Below are positions 44,361 to 58,200 of a stretch of DNA of 64,000 bases, piece after piece; within the stretch, counting starts at the first letter, position 1; every line of letters starts with the position of its first letter. The DNA comes from Hemiscyllium ocellatum (lineage: Eukaryota). The notes below the pieces were generated by a model that saw only the letters and a program-made list of their open reading frames with translations, was not told the origin of the DNA and made no database searches. The DNA is taken from NCBI RefSeq assembly GCF_020745735.1, contig NC_083409.1:11072978-11136977 (forward strand), written 5' to 3'. Made by a program: the position numbers and the translations under genes.

Positions 44361-45739
44361 AATATGCAAAACCAAATGAAGTGTTCCTCAGGAGGGGAGA
44401 GGGAATGTTCAGGATCCTGAACTCCATTTCTCAGCCCAGGCTGTATGTCACCCAATGAATGAATGAGATACCAATTTGGAACCCAGGTTAGGGGCAGTCT
44501 TGTGCTATAGACCCAGGTCTGCAAGAGGGAATCGGAGCTCCAGCTAAAAAAGAAAGATGAGGAGAGAGAGGAACAGTGTGACTATTTGGGTCACTCAGAG
44601 CCATGATGGACTGAATGGCCATCCCCCTGTGCTGCCAGATTCCAGGGAGTGCAGATGGTTCACAGTTTTCTCCCATCTCAGTAACAAACGTCCAGCTGCT
44701 CCGAGCTCCTTCTTTCACTTCCTCTCTTGGTGAAGTTTCAACCTTGCGATCTGACAGCCTTTGCAGTTATTTGTTACACTGGGGCTTTCTGCTGTGGTCA
44801 GAATCTCTAATAATAAGTGTCCAATCAGTGGCAATCACAGCAGCTAAGAGCAGTCAGGACTGAGGAGCCAGGGAAACACATTGGGAAGATGAAAACCATT
44901 CCTCTTCAGCTCCCTGAACAAACTCCACCCCTCTCCCTGAGCACTGTCTGCTGCTCAACCAGACTCTTTGCAAACTGGGCCTCAGCTTTGAGTTTGATCT
45001 GAGCCCACATCCTCCACATCACAAAGATCAGACATTGAAAATCTCAGCTTCATCATGGGGACGCTAAACATGCCCATTCCAATGTTATCCTGGCCCGCAT
45101 CACAGCCACCGCCTTCCGTAAACTTCAGCTCATTCCAAACCGTGTTACCAATATACAAACTCGCACCAAGTCCCATTCCCCCATTCCCTCCCGCTGTCCA
45201 ACATTAGCTCCCAGTCTAGCAACACCTCAATTTTCATATTCACATCCTTGTTCTCAAGCTGCTCTCTGCCCTTCCACCCTCCCCATCTTTGTAAGCTCCT
45301 CCAAGCTGCCTCACTTCCAGTGTGGTTAGCAATCTTGGATATGTGCTTCTCTATTTCTTAATCCAAGTCATTGAGAAATATTGTGAAAAGCTGAGCTCCC
45401 AGCACAGGTCCCTGGGACACCACTACTCACATCTTGCTCATTTGAGGACACACACATTATCCCTCCTCGCTGTCTCTAGCTCCAGGCCCATTCCTGACCC
45501 AAGGTAAATGCATTTTTCAAATTCCATCTGATTCCATGTCTCTTATGTGGAATATTCTTAAATGTCTTCTGGAATTCCCTATAGACAATATCTATCGACA
45601 TTCCCTTATATCCCACATTAGGGAGCTCCTAACATAGTGTAACCAGGTTAGTCAAAGTTGTCTGAACCTTTGTCAATCCATGCTGACTCTCTCGGACCAG
45701 TTCATATTTGTCTGTTATTCTGTCTCTAAAAATGCACTC

Positions 45740-48700
45740 AATCACTTCCTGACAACAAACATTCAACAGAGATGTTCATTGTGCCTGAAGTTAGTAAACA
45801 GCGAGCACTGACACGAGCAGCCTCCAGCTGTGCTGGAGCCTTCCCTGTTTCCTTACAGATTAAAAATTTAAGACTGGCAGCAAATTTAAAAATACAAATT
45901 AAAAACTCATTAAACAATTTCCACATACAGGGCCGGGCGATGTGTAGCAATTACACGATGGGGAAGCTGGTGGAGCCCATTGTAGCTCAGAGTGACCACA
46001 TCTACAGCAAGTGTTGGTTGCTCAAGGCACTCCAGCTCAGAGTTGATGAGCTGGAATCTGAGCTTCAAACACTGTGACATATTGGGGAGGGGGAGAGTTA
46101 CCTGGACACTGTGTTTGGGGAGGCAGTCACACCTTGTAAGTCAAATACTTCAAATTATGGCCAGTGATCAGGGACAGGAGGGTGTGGCTATAAGTGAGCA
46201 GGTCGATGCAGCCTGGATTTAGTATTGCAGGAGCCTCAGCTCCTTGTCCAATAGAAATGAGGTACTTATTCCTTGTGTCAATGAGGCAAATGATTGTAGC
46301 GAGAATGGGCAAACGTGCCGTGAGCATTTTGGCGAAAGTGACCAGAACTCTGTAAATATCAAAGTCATTAAGTGAAAAGATGAAGGTAGAGCAGAAATTA
46401 AGTGTCTAAACGGGGCAAGGCCAATTCTAGCACCATTAGATAGGCTAACACAGGGGGAGGCAATGGCCTTGTGTTATTATTGCTGGATTATTAATCCAGA
46501 AACTCATATATTATTTCTGGCAACCTGGGTTCAAATCCTGCCATGGCTGACATGGGGATTTGAATTCAAGAACAATGCTGTCAGCCTTACCTGGCTTGAC
46601 CCACGTGTGACTCCAGACCCACTGTAATGAGCGGCATGGTAGCTCAGTGCTTTGTACTGCTGCCTCGCAGTGCCAGGGTCCTAAGTTTGATTCTACCCTT
46701 GGGCAACTGTCTGTGTGGATTTTGCATGTTCACCCCCATGTCTATGTGGGTTTCTGTCAGGTGCCCTGGCTTCCTCCCACAGTTCTAAGAAATGCAAGCC
46801 AGGTGGATTGGCAATACAAAATTACCCATAGTGCTCAGGGATGTGCAGGTAAGGTGCATTAACCATGGAAGATTCAGGGCTAGGGGGATAGGTCTGGGTG
46901 GGATGCTCTTCAGAATGTAGGTGTGGACTCATTGGGCTGAATGGCCTATTTCACACTGTATGGATTCTGTGATTCCATGTGGTTGTCTGTTAACTGCCCT
47001 ATGGACAGGAAATGCTGGCTTGGCCAGAGATGTCCATATCCTATGAATGAATGAAAGAAGACCACTGCACCATGGGCCAGGAGGCCATTCAGGCAGAGGA
47101 GCACAAAGAGGAGGATTTGACAATGAGTGGGACTGATAGCATCCTTTGTGAGAAGGACTGAGAGTCTCACATGGTGTGCTGTCTACCTGGTGCCAAGGTA
47201 AGGGGCATCTTGAACCGGTTTGAAAGGATATTGGAGTGGGGGTGGTGATGGTGACCATCCAGTTGTTGTTGTCTGTGTTGGGACCAACAACATCAGCAAA
47301 AATAGGTAAAAGGTCCTATTTGGACAATATCAGGAAAGCTATCAGAAGGATATTGATTAAACAGATGGAGAGAAATAAGGAAGAGGTGAATACAGCATCA
47401 GTGCTGAGGAACAGATTTCAGTGAATGGACCAAATACGAGTTCTATATACAAATCCACGGAGCGTAAGGAATAAATTCAATAATCTGCAGGCACAAATTC
47501 AAATTTAAGATTGTGGTATCGGATCAATTACTGAGCCATAGTTGCAGAATCATTCAGATTGGGAACGATATCTATCGGGTTAGAAGGTTCACAGGATGGA
47601 TATGGGAAATGGCAGAAGAGGTGGAGCAGCTTCATTGATGAGGGAAAAAATGGCTTCAATGGTGAGGGAGGTCATAATGAGGAGAAAACATTCAGTGGGA
47701 CTGAGGAGCAGGAAAGGATCTAAAACTGTAATAGATGTTGGATGCAAACCCCCCTGGCAGCAGCTCTGAGGTGCTGGATTGTATTAATGCAGGAATTAGG
47801 CAAGTCTGTAGCAAAGCCAGTGTATTATTAATGGGAAAGTTTAACTTTAACTTAGGTTGGGAGAGAGACAAGTACTCTCTCAGAAAGGTAATGAATTTCT
47901 GGAGTGGATCTGGAATATTTTCCAACAGCAATAGGTCGTGGATGTAACAAGGGGACAAGAAATATTGGAATTAGTAATGAATAATGAACCAGATTTAGTT
48001 AGTACCTATTTGTGCATGAACATATTTCAAATAGTGAACATGATCAAGTTCAATGTCACATTTGAAAGTAAAAAGCATGAATCAGCTGCTAGAATTTGAG
48101 ATTAAGGTAAGGGCCGACTTCAACGAGATGAGACAGAAACTGTCCACAGAAAACTGGGAAAATCTGCTCATGGGTAAAACAACTGAAGAACACTTGGGAA
48201 TGTTTAAAGAAACATTCAAAACAAAACAAAACCAGTTTATACCTGAGAGCGAAAAGCTCCATGTCTTAGAACAAACAACAATGGACAATTAAAGAGATAA
48301 GAGAAAGTACAAAACTTAAAAAAAGGCTAACAAAAATGCAAAAAAAGGACAGATTCTGCTGAATGAGAAAGATACAAAGGGCCACAAAGCAGCTTCAAAG
48401 AGCTTGCAAAAGAGATTCTGAAAGGAAACCTGCCAGAGGAAGTGTGGAGGCTGGTACAATTGAAACATTTAAGAGGCATCTGGATGGATATACGAATAGG
48501 AAAGGTTTGGAGGGATCTGGGCCAGGTGCTGGCAGGTGGGACTAGATTGTGTTGGGATATCTGGTCGGCATGGACGGGTTGGACCTAAGGGTCTGTTTCC
48601 ATGCTGTACATCTCTATGACTCTATGACTCTATGTAAGGGATACCAAAATCAATAAGAAGAAATGTTACAGTTCCATAAAAGGAAAGCTGGGAGGTCAGG

Positions 48701-49620
48701 AGCAATGTTGGGCATTAAAGACTGAAAGTGAGGGATATTGTCAGTGACAATGGGGAAATGATAACCATGTTAAATAAATACTTTACCTTAGAATTTTCAG
48801 TAGAAAAGGAGGAGGACTTGCCTGAAGTCCCAAAGGAATTAACAGAGGATCAGGGACAGGGACTGAATAAAATTAATGCCAGTAAAATATCTGTACTGAG
48901 GAATGAAAGAGTGACAAATCCTCAGGACCTGACAGTTTCCATCTGAGGGTGATAAAGGTAGTAGCAGACTACATTGTAGACAGTCTGACTATAATCTTTT
49001 AGCTTTCCCTAGTTACAGGAGTTGTTCCTCTGGGTTTGAAAATTGCAAATGTCACTTCAATTTTAACAAGGATGTTAGAAAAAAGCCAGGGAATTACAGG
49101 GCACTAAGCCAACATTTCTGATGTGGAAATTGTTGTAGTCTATAATCAAGGATGGGGGTAACTGAAGACCTTGAAAATGGTCAGTTAATCAGGGAGAGTC
49201 AGGATGGATTCATGACAAGTTGGTCACGCCGAAAAACCACATTGAACATTTTTGAAGAAGAAACGAAAGTCCTGGACACAGTAATGTCCATGGTTGTTGT
49301 TTACAGGGGCTTCCAGTAGGTATTTGATTAAGTCCCGTGTCACAACCTGTCAGCTCAGGTAGAAATCCACAGAATTGAGGCTAAAATACTGACGCACTTG
49401 GAAATTGTTGAGTGACAGGTGACTGACAGTAGGGATAATGGGTAAGTGCTGAAATTGGCAAGATGTGACACAGTGGTGTCCAATAGGAATGTGTGCGCAC
49501 ACCTCAATTAGTTACATTATTTATTAATGACTTGGATAATGACATAGAAAATTAGATATTTCAGTTTGCTCATGACACAAAGTTTGGCAGCATTGTAGAT
49601 AGCATCAATAGAGGCATAGA
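45740..49620 (+). mobile_element. CR1 LINE, near full-length, degenerate, with nested SINEs and a CR1 tail
   Basis: ORF1 CSKCWLL..LQLRVDELESELQTL and MVCCLPGA; EN LLMGKFNF and SEHDQVQ; RT SQDGFMTSWS and INDLDND. Confidence 0.82.
46629..46975 (+). mobile_element. tRNA-derived V-SINE (HE1-like), diverged
   Basis: GCGGCATGGTAGCTCAGTG head, V-SINE core and CR1-type tail. Confidence 0.78.
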
Positions 49621-50109
49621 GTCATACAGGATTCATCCAGCGCAGTCTTTAACAGGGTATAATTTATTTTTGATATACAGCTCCTTGATCTCCATCTCTC
49701 TCTTTCGCTCTCTCTCTCTCCCTACCACCCCACCTCAGTTGCATAGATCTCACTCTGAGTTTCATCCCTCTTCCCCAAGCTTCAACTCCTCTCTCTCAGT
49801 GCTCCATCTCTCGCTCTCTCTCTCTGTCTCTCTGAGCTCCATCCCTCCCTCCATTTGAGCTGCTGGGAGTCTGATCTGAGCCAATTCCAGTGAATCCCAC
49901 AGAGAATAATGACAGGATATTTGGAGTGTGAGTTTGATGATGTAACTGTGAACCATTGCAGCAAAGACATTACAGATGATTTGTATAGATAGCAAAGCCC
50001 AAACCAGAGCATTGTGTCAATCAACACAGAACTCATGAAAGCTTCAATAGAAACGGTTATTAATGTGATTCTCAGAGATGTGTCATTATTCTAGTTACAA
50101 ATGTAAAGA

Positions 50110-51720
50110 TCCATCCTACTGCATATTAGTTACAGCTGGGCGTTGGAGAAACTTTGGTCAGTTGGAATCTAAGGTGGGAGAGTGTGACCTTGTTCACATT
50201 CAGAGTAATTATTCGAACGTGATTGAATCGTTCTTAAGTCCAAATAGCAAAACTCACCATTGGTTATGATCTATTAGGTGTGGCAAATACAGAAACTCAC
50301 TTAGTTCTAGTTGTCAGCGAGTACTTGTCAATATTCATTCAACAAACCAATTTTAGATAAGAATGACAGACTACCAACCCTATCTATATAATCTTCTCAT
50401 TTGGGAATGGGGGATGAATCTGGTTTTGTGACTATATTCACTTTCCTAGAGTCGACAATGAATCAAATTGAACAGTTTGGTTCAGGAACCAATGCTACAG
50501 GAGAACTCCAATTACTCTGACTTGGTTCAATCAACTGATTCTCCAACATGGAAGCCCTCTGTTACATTGGTTGGTTTATGTTGGTGTTTGTTTCATTGTG
50601 TTTGAATTACCAAATCCATGTCATATTTGATTCATGTGGTACATCCAAGTATATAAATACAAGTCCATAAGATAAAGGAGCATAATTGGGCCATTTGGCC
50701 CATCACGTCTGGTCCACCTTTTATTTACAGTTGATAATGTTTTTAAATCCTATTCTCTCACCTTCTCCCTATACATCTTCATTCTTTGACTAATCAAGAG
50801 CCAATTTATCTCAAATACACTCAATGACTTGGCCTCCACAACTCAGTTCAAAAGGTTGCCTCTTCACTCTGAGGCTGTTCCCTCGGGTTTTCAAACTCTC
50901 CTATTATTGGAAACATCTCCTCCATGTCCACTCTATCCAGGCCTCTCTGTATTCTTTAAGTTTCAATGACATTCCCTCTCATCCTTCTAACTCCATCAAG
51001 TACAGAACCAAAGTCCTCAACGATTCCTCACACAAACATGTTTGTATTTTCTGACCAACCTCATGAAATCTACCTGTTGTTCTTTCCCCAGTTACAAAAG
51101 TATAGTGTCTGAATTCTCTAATATCTCTGAATTTGTTTGTCTAAAAACAAAGAGTTCACTTTGGGAATTGTCCGATTATTTTTCAATCTCAAGCATTTTC
51201 TCATCCCCTCCTCTATTACACTCACTACTCTGTAGGTTTTTGGTTTTAACAAAGTTTATAATCATTAGCCATTCTAGCTGCTTGTCTTACTGTCGTTCCC
51301 CTTTGGTCTTCCACATGAATTCTGATTCTATAAGGGAATGAAGTTTTAAATTCTTCTTAAAAAATAATTTCTCTGAGAGTATTGTAATTATTCTGAGCCA
51401 TTAATGCTGTTATCCACCTGCCAACATTATTTTGTTGAACTCTCTCAAATTCAGTAGAAGTTTGTGGAGGCTGTTTCTGTAAGTTCTGAAACATCTGTCT
51501 GTATATTTCTGAGACCAACTCATATGTGCATAGAACAGCTGTTTACACCTCCTCATGATCCCGAGAACGTTCCTCTGACAGGGATGTTGAAACCCTTTGT
51601 TGATTCCCAAGTTCATGTTTGCATGGGCAAGGTCCAACCTTTTTCTTCCTGTCTTGCATGTGTTGCTATCTTCTCAAAAGACATGAAAATACTTCCACAT
51701 CCTCCTCGTCATAGACATAG
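50110..51720 (-). mobile_element. Gypsy LTR-retrotransposon remnant (SCAN-like gag and RT)
   Basis: YELVSEIYRQMFQNLQKQP..EFERVQQ..RW..LREIIF*EEFK..RQAARMANDY (gag, ~51200-51540). LIEPSQSNWSSPVALVP..DSRKVN (RT, ~50230-50560). Confidence 0.78.
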
Positions 51721-52214
51721 AGTCATACAACAAACAAACAGGCTCCTCTGCCCACCATGTCAATGCTGATCAGTAAACATCAAACTGCACTAATCACCCG
51801 CATTTGCCTGCACTTGGTCCATAGCCTTCCATGCCCTGGCGTTTTATATGCTTGTCTGGATATGTCTTAAATGTTGTGAGAGGACCTACCTCCACCACCT
51901 TCTCAGGCAGCACATTCCATATTTCTACCACCTGTCAACATTATTTTGTTGAACTCTCTCAAACTCAGTAGAAGTTTATGGAGGCTGTTTCTGTAAGTTT
52001 TGAAACATCTGTCTGTATGTTTCTGGGATCAATGCATATGTGCTTTTCATCTTTTCACTTCCTCGTGATCCTGAGAATGTTCCTCTGGCAGGGATATAGA
52101 AACTTCTTGTGCTTCCCAAGTACATTTTGCATGGGCAAGCACCATTTTTTTTCCTCACCTCACTTGTTTTAATATCTTCTCAAAAGACATGAAAAATGCC
52201 TCCACCTCCTTCGC

Positions 52215-53870
52215 TTCGCAATCATAGAGTCATACAGCAAACAAACAAGCCCTTCTGCCCACCATGTCGATGCCAATCAGTAAACACCAAACTGCACTAA
52301 TCCCATTTACCTGCACTTGGTCCATAGCCTTCCATGCCCTGGCATTTTTTGTGTTCATGTGGATGTTTCTTAGATGTTGTGAGAGGAGCTGCCTCCACCA
52401 CCTTCTCAGGCAGCACATTCCATATTTCTACCACCTTCTGGGGAAAAAAAAATCAAACCCCCCGAAACCACTTTTTCATCATGGTAAGCTACTTCCTTTG
52501 GTCTTAGACATGTCTACCATGGGGAAAAGATTATCACGATTGACTTTGTCGGTGCCTTTCATATTACTCCCTTTGGTCTTAGACATGTCTACCATGGGGA
52601 AAAGATTATCACGATTGACTTTGTCTGTGCCTTTCATATTTTTGTATCCCTCAATCAGACTCCCGCTTGCTTCCTCTACTCCAAAGAAAACAAACCCAGT
52701 TTATCCTGTCTCTCCTCATAACTAACACATTCCATCTGAAGCAACATCCTGGTGAATCTCCTCGACAGCCTCTCCAATCCAATCATGTCCTTCCCACAGT
52801 GTCATGACCAGAACTGTTCACAGTATTCCAGATATGGCCTAAACAATGCTCTGTAAAGTAACAACAAGACTTCCTTGCTCCTATATTCTAAACCCTGGCT
52901 AATGATGGCAAGCATCCCGTATCCCTTCTTCACCACCCTGTCTATCTGTGCTGATACCTTCCAGGATTGATGGACGTGTACATTAAGGTCCCTTTGTTCC
53001 TCAGCATTTCCAAGGAACATAAGAACTAGAAGCAGGAGTAGGCCATGTGACCCTTTGAGCCTGCTCCAACATTCAAAAACATCATGGCTGATCTATTCAT
53101 AGACTCAGCTCCATTTAACCACGCTCTCACCGTATCTCTTAATTCCTTTATTGTTAAAAAAAATACCTGTCTCAGCTTTAAAATGTTTCCTGAAGTGGCA
53201 TAAATATCTTCATGAGGCAAGGAATTTTAAAGTTTTACGACCTTCTGGGTGAAGAAGTTCCTTCTCAATTCCGTCCTAAATCTGCTCCCCCTAATTTTGA
53301 GGCTATGCCCTTTTGGTTAGTTTCACCTGCCAGTGGAAACATCCTCTCTACTCTGTCTTATCTATTCTCTTCATAATTTTATATGTTTCTATAAGATCCC
53401 CCACCCCCCTCATTCTTCTAAGTTCCAATGAATATATCCCAGTATACTCAGTTTGCTCTCATAAGCCAACCCCCTCAACTCCGGAATCAACCCGGCGAAC
53501 CTTCTCTGTATACCTTCTAATGCCAGTACATCCTTCCTCAACTAAGGAGAACAACTGCATGCAGTACTCCAGGTGGAGCCTCACCAGCACCCTGTACAGC
53601 TGCAACATAACCTCCCTGCTTTTTAAACTCAATCGCTGTAGCAAGGAAGGGCAAAATTCCATTTGCCTTCCGAATTGCTTGTTGTACCTGTCGACCAACT
53701 CTCTATGATTCATGCACAAGGACACCCAAGGCACATATCTTTTATTGTGTATATCCTTCCCTCATTAGACCTCCTAAATTGGATCACCTCACATGGACCA
53801 GGATTAAATTCCATCTGCCATTGCTCTGCCCATTTTACCAGCTGACCAATATCAGACTGTAGCCTGAGAC
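52215..53870 (-). mobile_element. CR1 3' fragments, including a 75-bp tandem duplication at 52495-52640
   Basis: RALFRPYLEYCEQFWS and VLVRLHLEYCMQLFS motifs; the duplicated unit starts CCTTTGGTCTTAGACATG at 52495 and 52570. Confidence 0.8.
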
Positions 53871-54829
53871 CTGGTAATCCAAGATGGCAGCAGAGTAGGA
53901 CTCTTCAGACCGAGTTCATCTGCTCCATCTGTTTCCTTTTCTTCTTTCTATTCCACCTTTTTTTTTCCTTTTCTTTTGTCCTTCTCACTTATTTCCTCTC
54001 CCTGCCATGGACTCCCAGCTTCAGACACCAGGCCTCCGACCAGTGCAGACTCAGTGAGATGGTCTCTGGGCTTGATGTGGCAGTGTCCTGGCCTGGTAGG
54101 GAGACATCCCAGCCTGGTGAGGCAGACTCTTGGTTCAACATGGTGGTCTCTCGGTTTGATGTAGTGCCCTCTCAGTTCGATGTGGAGGCCTCTCGGTCTA
54201 ACATGGTGGCCTCTCAGTTCGATCTGGTAGCATCTCGGCCCAGCATTTTGGCTTCTTGACCTAACGTGGCGATCTGTCAGTGGCTCAGCATGGTTGTCTC
54301 TCAGTCCACCAGGTGGTCTCTTGCTGTATAATGATGGTCTCTTGGCCCACACAGCCTCAGTGTAGACTTTTGGTCAGGAGACGATGACTCAAAATATGAG
54401 CCCATGGCAGCTGAGCACTTCAAGGAAGACGAATGATTGAATTTCCAGATTTATTTCTTTATTTTCTATTTAAAACTGAAAGGGTCTGTAACGTGTAACT
54501 TTTAACTTTAATATTTCTTTCTACCTTTTTCTTAAGAATCTGTGCTTTGGTCCTTGTACCAAAGGTGGCATGTTGCAAGGTGACATTACATACACTTCAC
54601 TGTATTCCTATATGTTTGTACTTGAGTCCACGTGACAATAAAATAAAAATCAAATCAATATTAACAATACCACCAATTTATGTGGCATCTGAAAACTTTC
54701 TAACTAAACAATCACAGTGAATCCATTACAAATCGAAAATGTCACAACCCTAATCCCTGTCTTACACCACTGGTCTCAGGCTTCCAATCACAAAGACAGC
54801 CCTCTCCCATCACTCTTTGCCTCAGATTT

Positions 54830-55073
54830 GGAAGGAGAAAGTGAGGACTGCCAATGCTGGAGATCACAGCTGAAAAATGTGTTGCTGGAAATGCGCAGCA
54901 GGTCAGGCAACATCAAACGCTTATGCCCGAAATGTCGATTCTCCTGCTAAAAACACTTATGCCCGAAACTTCGATTTTCCTGCAAAAAACACTTATGCCT
55001 GAGACATCGATTCTCCTGCTCCTTCGATGCTGCCTGACCTGCTGCGCTTTTCCAGCAACACATTTTTCAGCTC
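54830..55073. mobile_element. Penelope-type pLTR remnant: inverted arms around three 36-nt tandem units
   Basis: Arms 54867-54914 and 55026-55073 are near-perfect reverse complements; CTTATGCCCGAAA(C)GTCGATTCTCCTGC-like units at 54920, 54956 and 54992. Confidence 0.75.
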
Positions 55074-55545
55074 ATATTTGGAAGCCCATTTTGGATCCAA
55101 TTTGCCAACTTGCCTTGGGTCCCATGGGCTCTGACCATCTGGACTGCCTTCCATATGGGACCTTGGTCAAACAAATCAATACTGGCATCCCTACCTCTCC
55201 AAGTATTGCTTTATCCTGTACTTCAGGATTTTTTTCTAATAATTTCCCTCACACTAACTGGTCTTTAATTGCCTGGCCTATCCCTGTTGCCCTTCTTGAA
55301 AAAAGGAACCACATTGACAATCCTCCGGTCTGGCACTTCACCTGTGGCCAGTGAATTATTAATCAAGGAAAAGGCAATCAAACTTTAAGACAATTAATTG
55401 AAAAATACAGTTCAGTTAAACCTTAAGATGCAATAGAGAAATGAACCCCTTCTCCCTGTTACTTGAGTATTATAAAGCAATGATATTCGAAACGGAAGGA
55501 TTTTATTTCGCTGTGTGTTTTGGAATCTTTTGAATTTGTGCTTTT

Positions 55546-55856
55546 GATTAGATTAGATTCCCTACAGTGTAGAAACAGGCCCTTTGTCCAAACCAGTCCC
55601 CACCGACCCTCCAAAGAATAATCCACCCAGACCCATTTCATCCTGACTAATGCACACAGCACTATGGGCAGTTTAGCGTGGCCAATCCACCTAACCTGCA
55701 CATGTTTGGGCTGTGGGAGGAAACCTGAGCACCCAGAGGAAACCAACACAGACATGGGAAAATGTGAAAACGCCACACAGACAGTCACCCAAGGCTGGAA
55801 TGGAACCTGGGATTCTGGTGCTGTGAGGCAACAGTACTAACCACTGAGCCACCATC
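55546..55856 (-). mobile_element. tRNA-derived V-SINE (HE1-like)
   Basis: (GATTA)n tail and reverse-complement tRNA-like head. Confidence 0.85.
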
Positions 55857-56479
55857 CCACCCCACATACTTTCTGTCAGTATGTTTTATCTTCATTTCTT
55901 TTGTGTAAGGAGGTCTTATTACTAAATCTAAATCTTACTCTAAATGTGCTTATGCTCCACAGATGCTGCAGACCAACTGCATTTCTTTAGCAGTTTCTGG
56001 TTGTGTTTCAGCCTGAGATCTGTGTTGTCCAATAATACCAGCAGCTGGGATGATAATAATTGGCTAGCATCGTGATTGTCACTCTAGTTAGAAATTGGCA
56101 CTTTGTATTTGATGAATCCCAACAAATCCTTACATTGTTTTCACATCTGTCAGTCACCACTTCAATGCTACCACTCCTACCTTTCCAGAATCCAGGCAAA
56201 TCCGTTTTCTCTCAGTATGTGACCTATGTACTTAACTTAGGCATCTTTAATTATAAACTTTCTTGTTCAGTTTAATGACTCTTTCTTTCTTGTTCCTGAC
56301 GATTTAGACACATCTTCTGCACTACCCTTATCTCGTTCCATAATAACTATGAAACTAGTTTTTTTTCAACTATAATAATTGTAAAGAATGATATATTAAT
56401 CCTTGTGGCATTTGAGGAATATAACTTTTGCCAGTTTCTCAAGAGTGCCGGTTCATAAGGTGCAGGTTACAACAAAATT

Positions 56480-58200
56480 TGCTGCATATCTTTTATAATG
56501 GACTCCAGAATTTCTCCCACGACTAATGTCAAGCTAACCGGTCTACAAAAAACATTGCTTTCTCTCTGTCTCCCTTCTTAAATAGTGGGGTTATGTTAGC
56601 CACCCTCCAATCCATAGGAACAGCTCCAGAGTCTACAATTTTTAAAGATGACCATGAGTGCAGCTATTCTTTCTAGTGCCATTTTCCTAAGTATTCTGGG
56701 GTGAGGGGATCAGGCTGCCAAAGATATTTTATGGCTCCTCTTTGCTCTCCTATTTTTTAAGTACCTCCCCAAACTTTCTCTCCTCCTGAAGGGCCTCTCT
56801 TGTTTTTGATGCTCTGTCGCTGACAAAGCTTTCCTTTTTTTCCTTTCCCAAACTATCCATATTCCTTGACATCCAGGATCCCAGGAGTTGCTGCCCTTGC
56901 CTTTCTTTCTGAGCTGACCCTGAATTCTCACTCTCCTACATTAAAAAGATTCCCACTTTCCAAATGTCGACCGACCTGCAAGTAGCTGCTCCCAGTCTAT
57001 GTTTGCCAGATCCTGTCAAATGACTTTGAAAATGACCTTGCCTCACTTTAGACATTTAAGTTCTGCACTACCCTTATTCCTTTCCATAATAACGATGAAA
57101 CATATGGAGTTACGTTCACTATCTCCAAAATGCTCACCCACTGACTCTCCAACCATTTGATCGGCTTCATTACCTAGGATTGAGCCCAGCACTGTCCATG
57201 TTTAGAGGGACTATCTATGTACTGGCACCAAAAGCTCTCCTGGATGGACTTTAAACATTCCATCATTCACACAAAGGCAATCCCAGTTCATGTTAGAGAA
57301 GTTGAAATTCCCCAATAATATAACTCTATTCCTCTCACACCTCTCTGTGGTTTGCCAACTTATCTGCTCCTCTCTCTCCATCTGACGATTGGGCGGCCTG
57401 TAGTATAATCCCAGCAAAGTGGTTGTCTTTTTTTTATATCAAGCTCTACCCAGATGGCCTCCTTTGAAGAGCTTTCCAAGAAGTACTCCTTCACTCCCGC
57501 AGTGATGGTGTCCTTTATCAATAATGCAATACACCCACCTCTCTGGGATTCCCTCTATCCCACCTGAGACTTCTCTACCCTGGAATGTTGAGCTGCCAGT
57601 CCTATCTTTCTTCAATCATGTCTCAGCAATTGCAACAATGTGATATTCCCACATGCTGCTCAATGCTCTCAGTTCAACCGCCTTACTAGTCAAGTGCCTT
57701 ACATTAAAATAGATACAGTTCAGCTTTCTGGTCATCTTATGTTCTGGATACTGTCCTACTGGTTATTCAGTGGTTTTCTGTGTTGCCCTTATTCTCCCAT
57801 GAAGAGAAACATCCAGTATTTCCCCTGTCAAGCCCCTTAAGAATTCTATACATTTCAATGTGATTACCTCTCATTCTTCTAAACTCCAGGGATCAGATTC
57901 CAAACCTGTTAGACCTTTGCTCATAAGACAATCACTCTATACCAGGAATCAGTCAAGGAAATTATCTCTGAACTACATCCAATGCAATTCCTGTCTTTTA
58001 TTCAAAAAGGAGCCTGATGCTGGACACCATACTTCAGATGTGCTCACACCAAGCTCCTAACCTTAACCCTTGTACAGCTGCAGTAAACGTCCCTGCTTTT
58101 AGATTGCATTCCCTTTACAAGGAGCACCAACACTCCATCTGCCTCCGGATTCACTTGCTGTAGCTGTGTACTAACTTTGTGATTCATGTCTCCCACATTC
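56480..58200 (-). mobile_element. CR1 LINE fragments (EN, RT start, 3' end)
   Basis: LGLYYRPPNRQME..LLGNFNFSN motif and CR1 3' sequence. Confidence 0.75.

Noticed and set aside
54140-55010. CRISPR-like repeat arrays
   Set aside because: The units are directly tandem without unique spacers, the DNA is vertebrate, and no cas genes are present.
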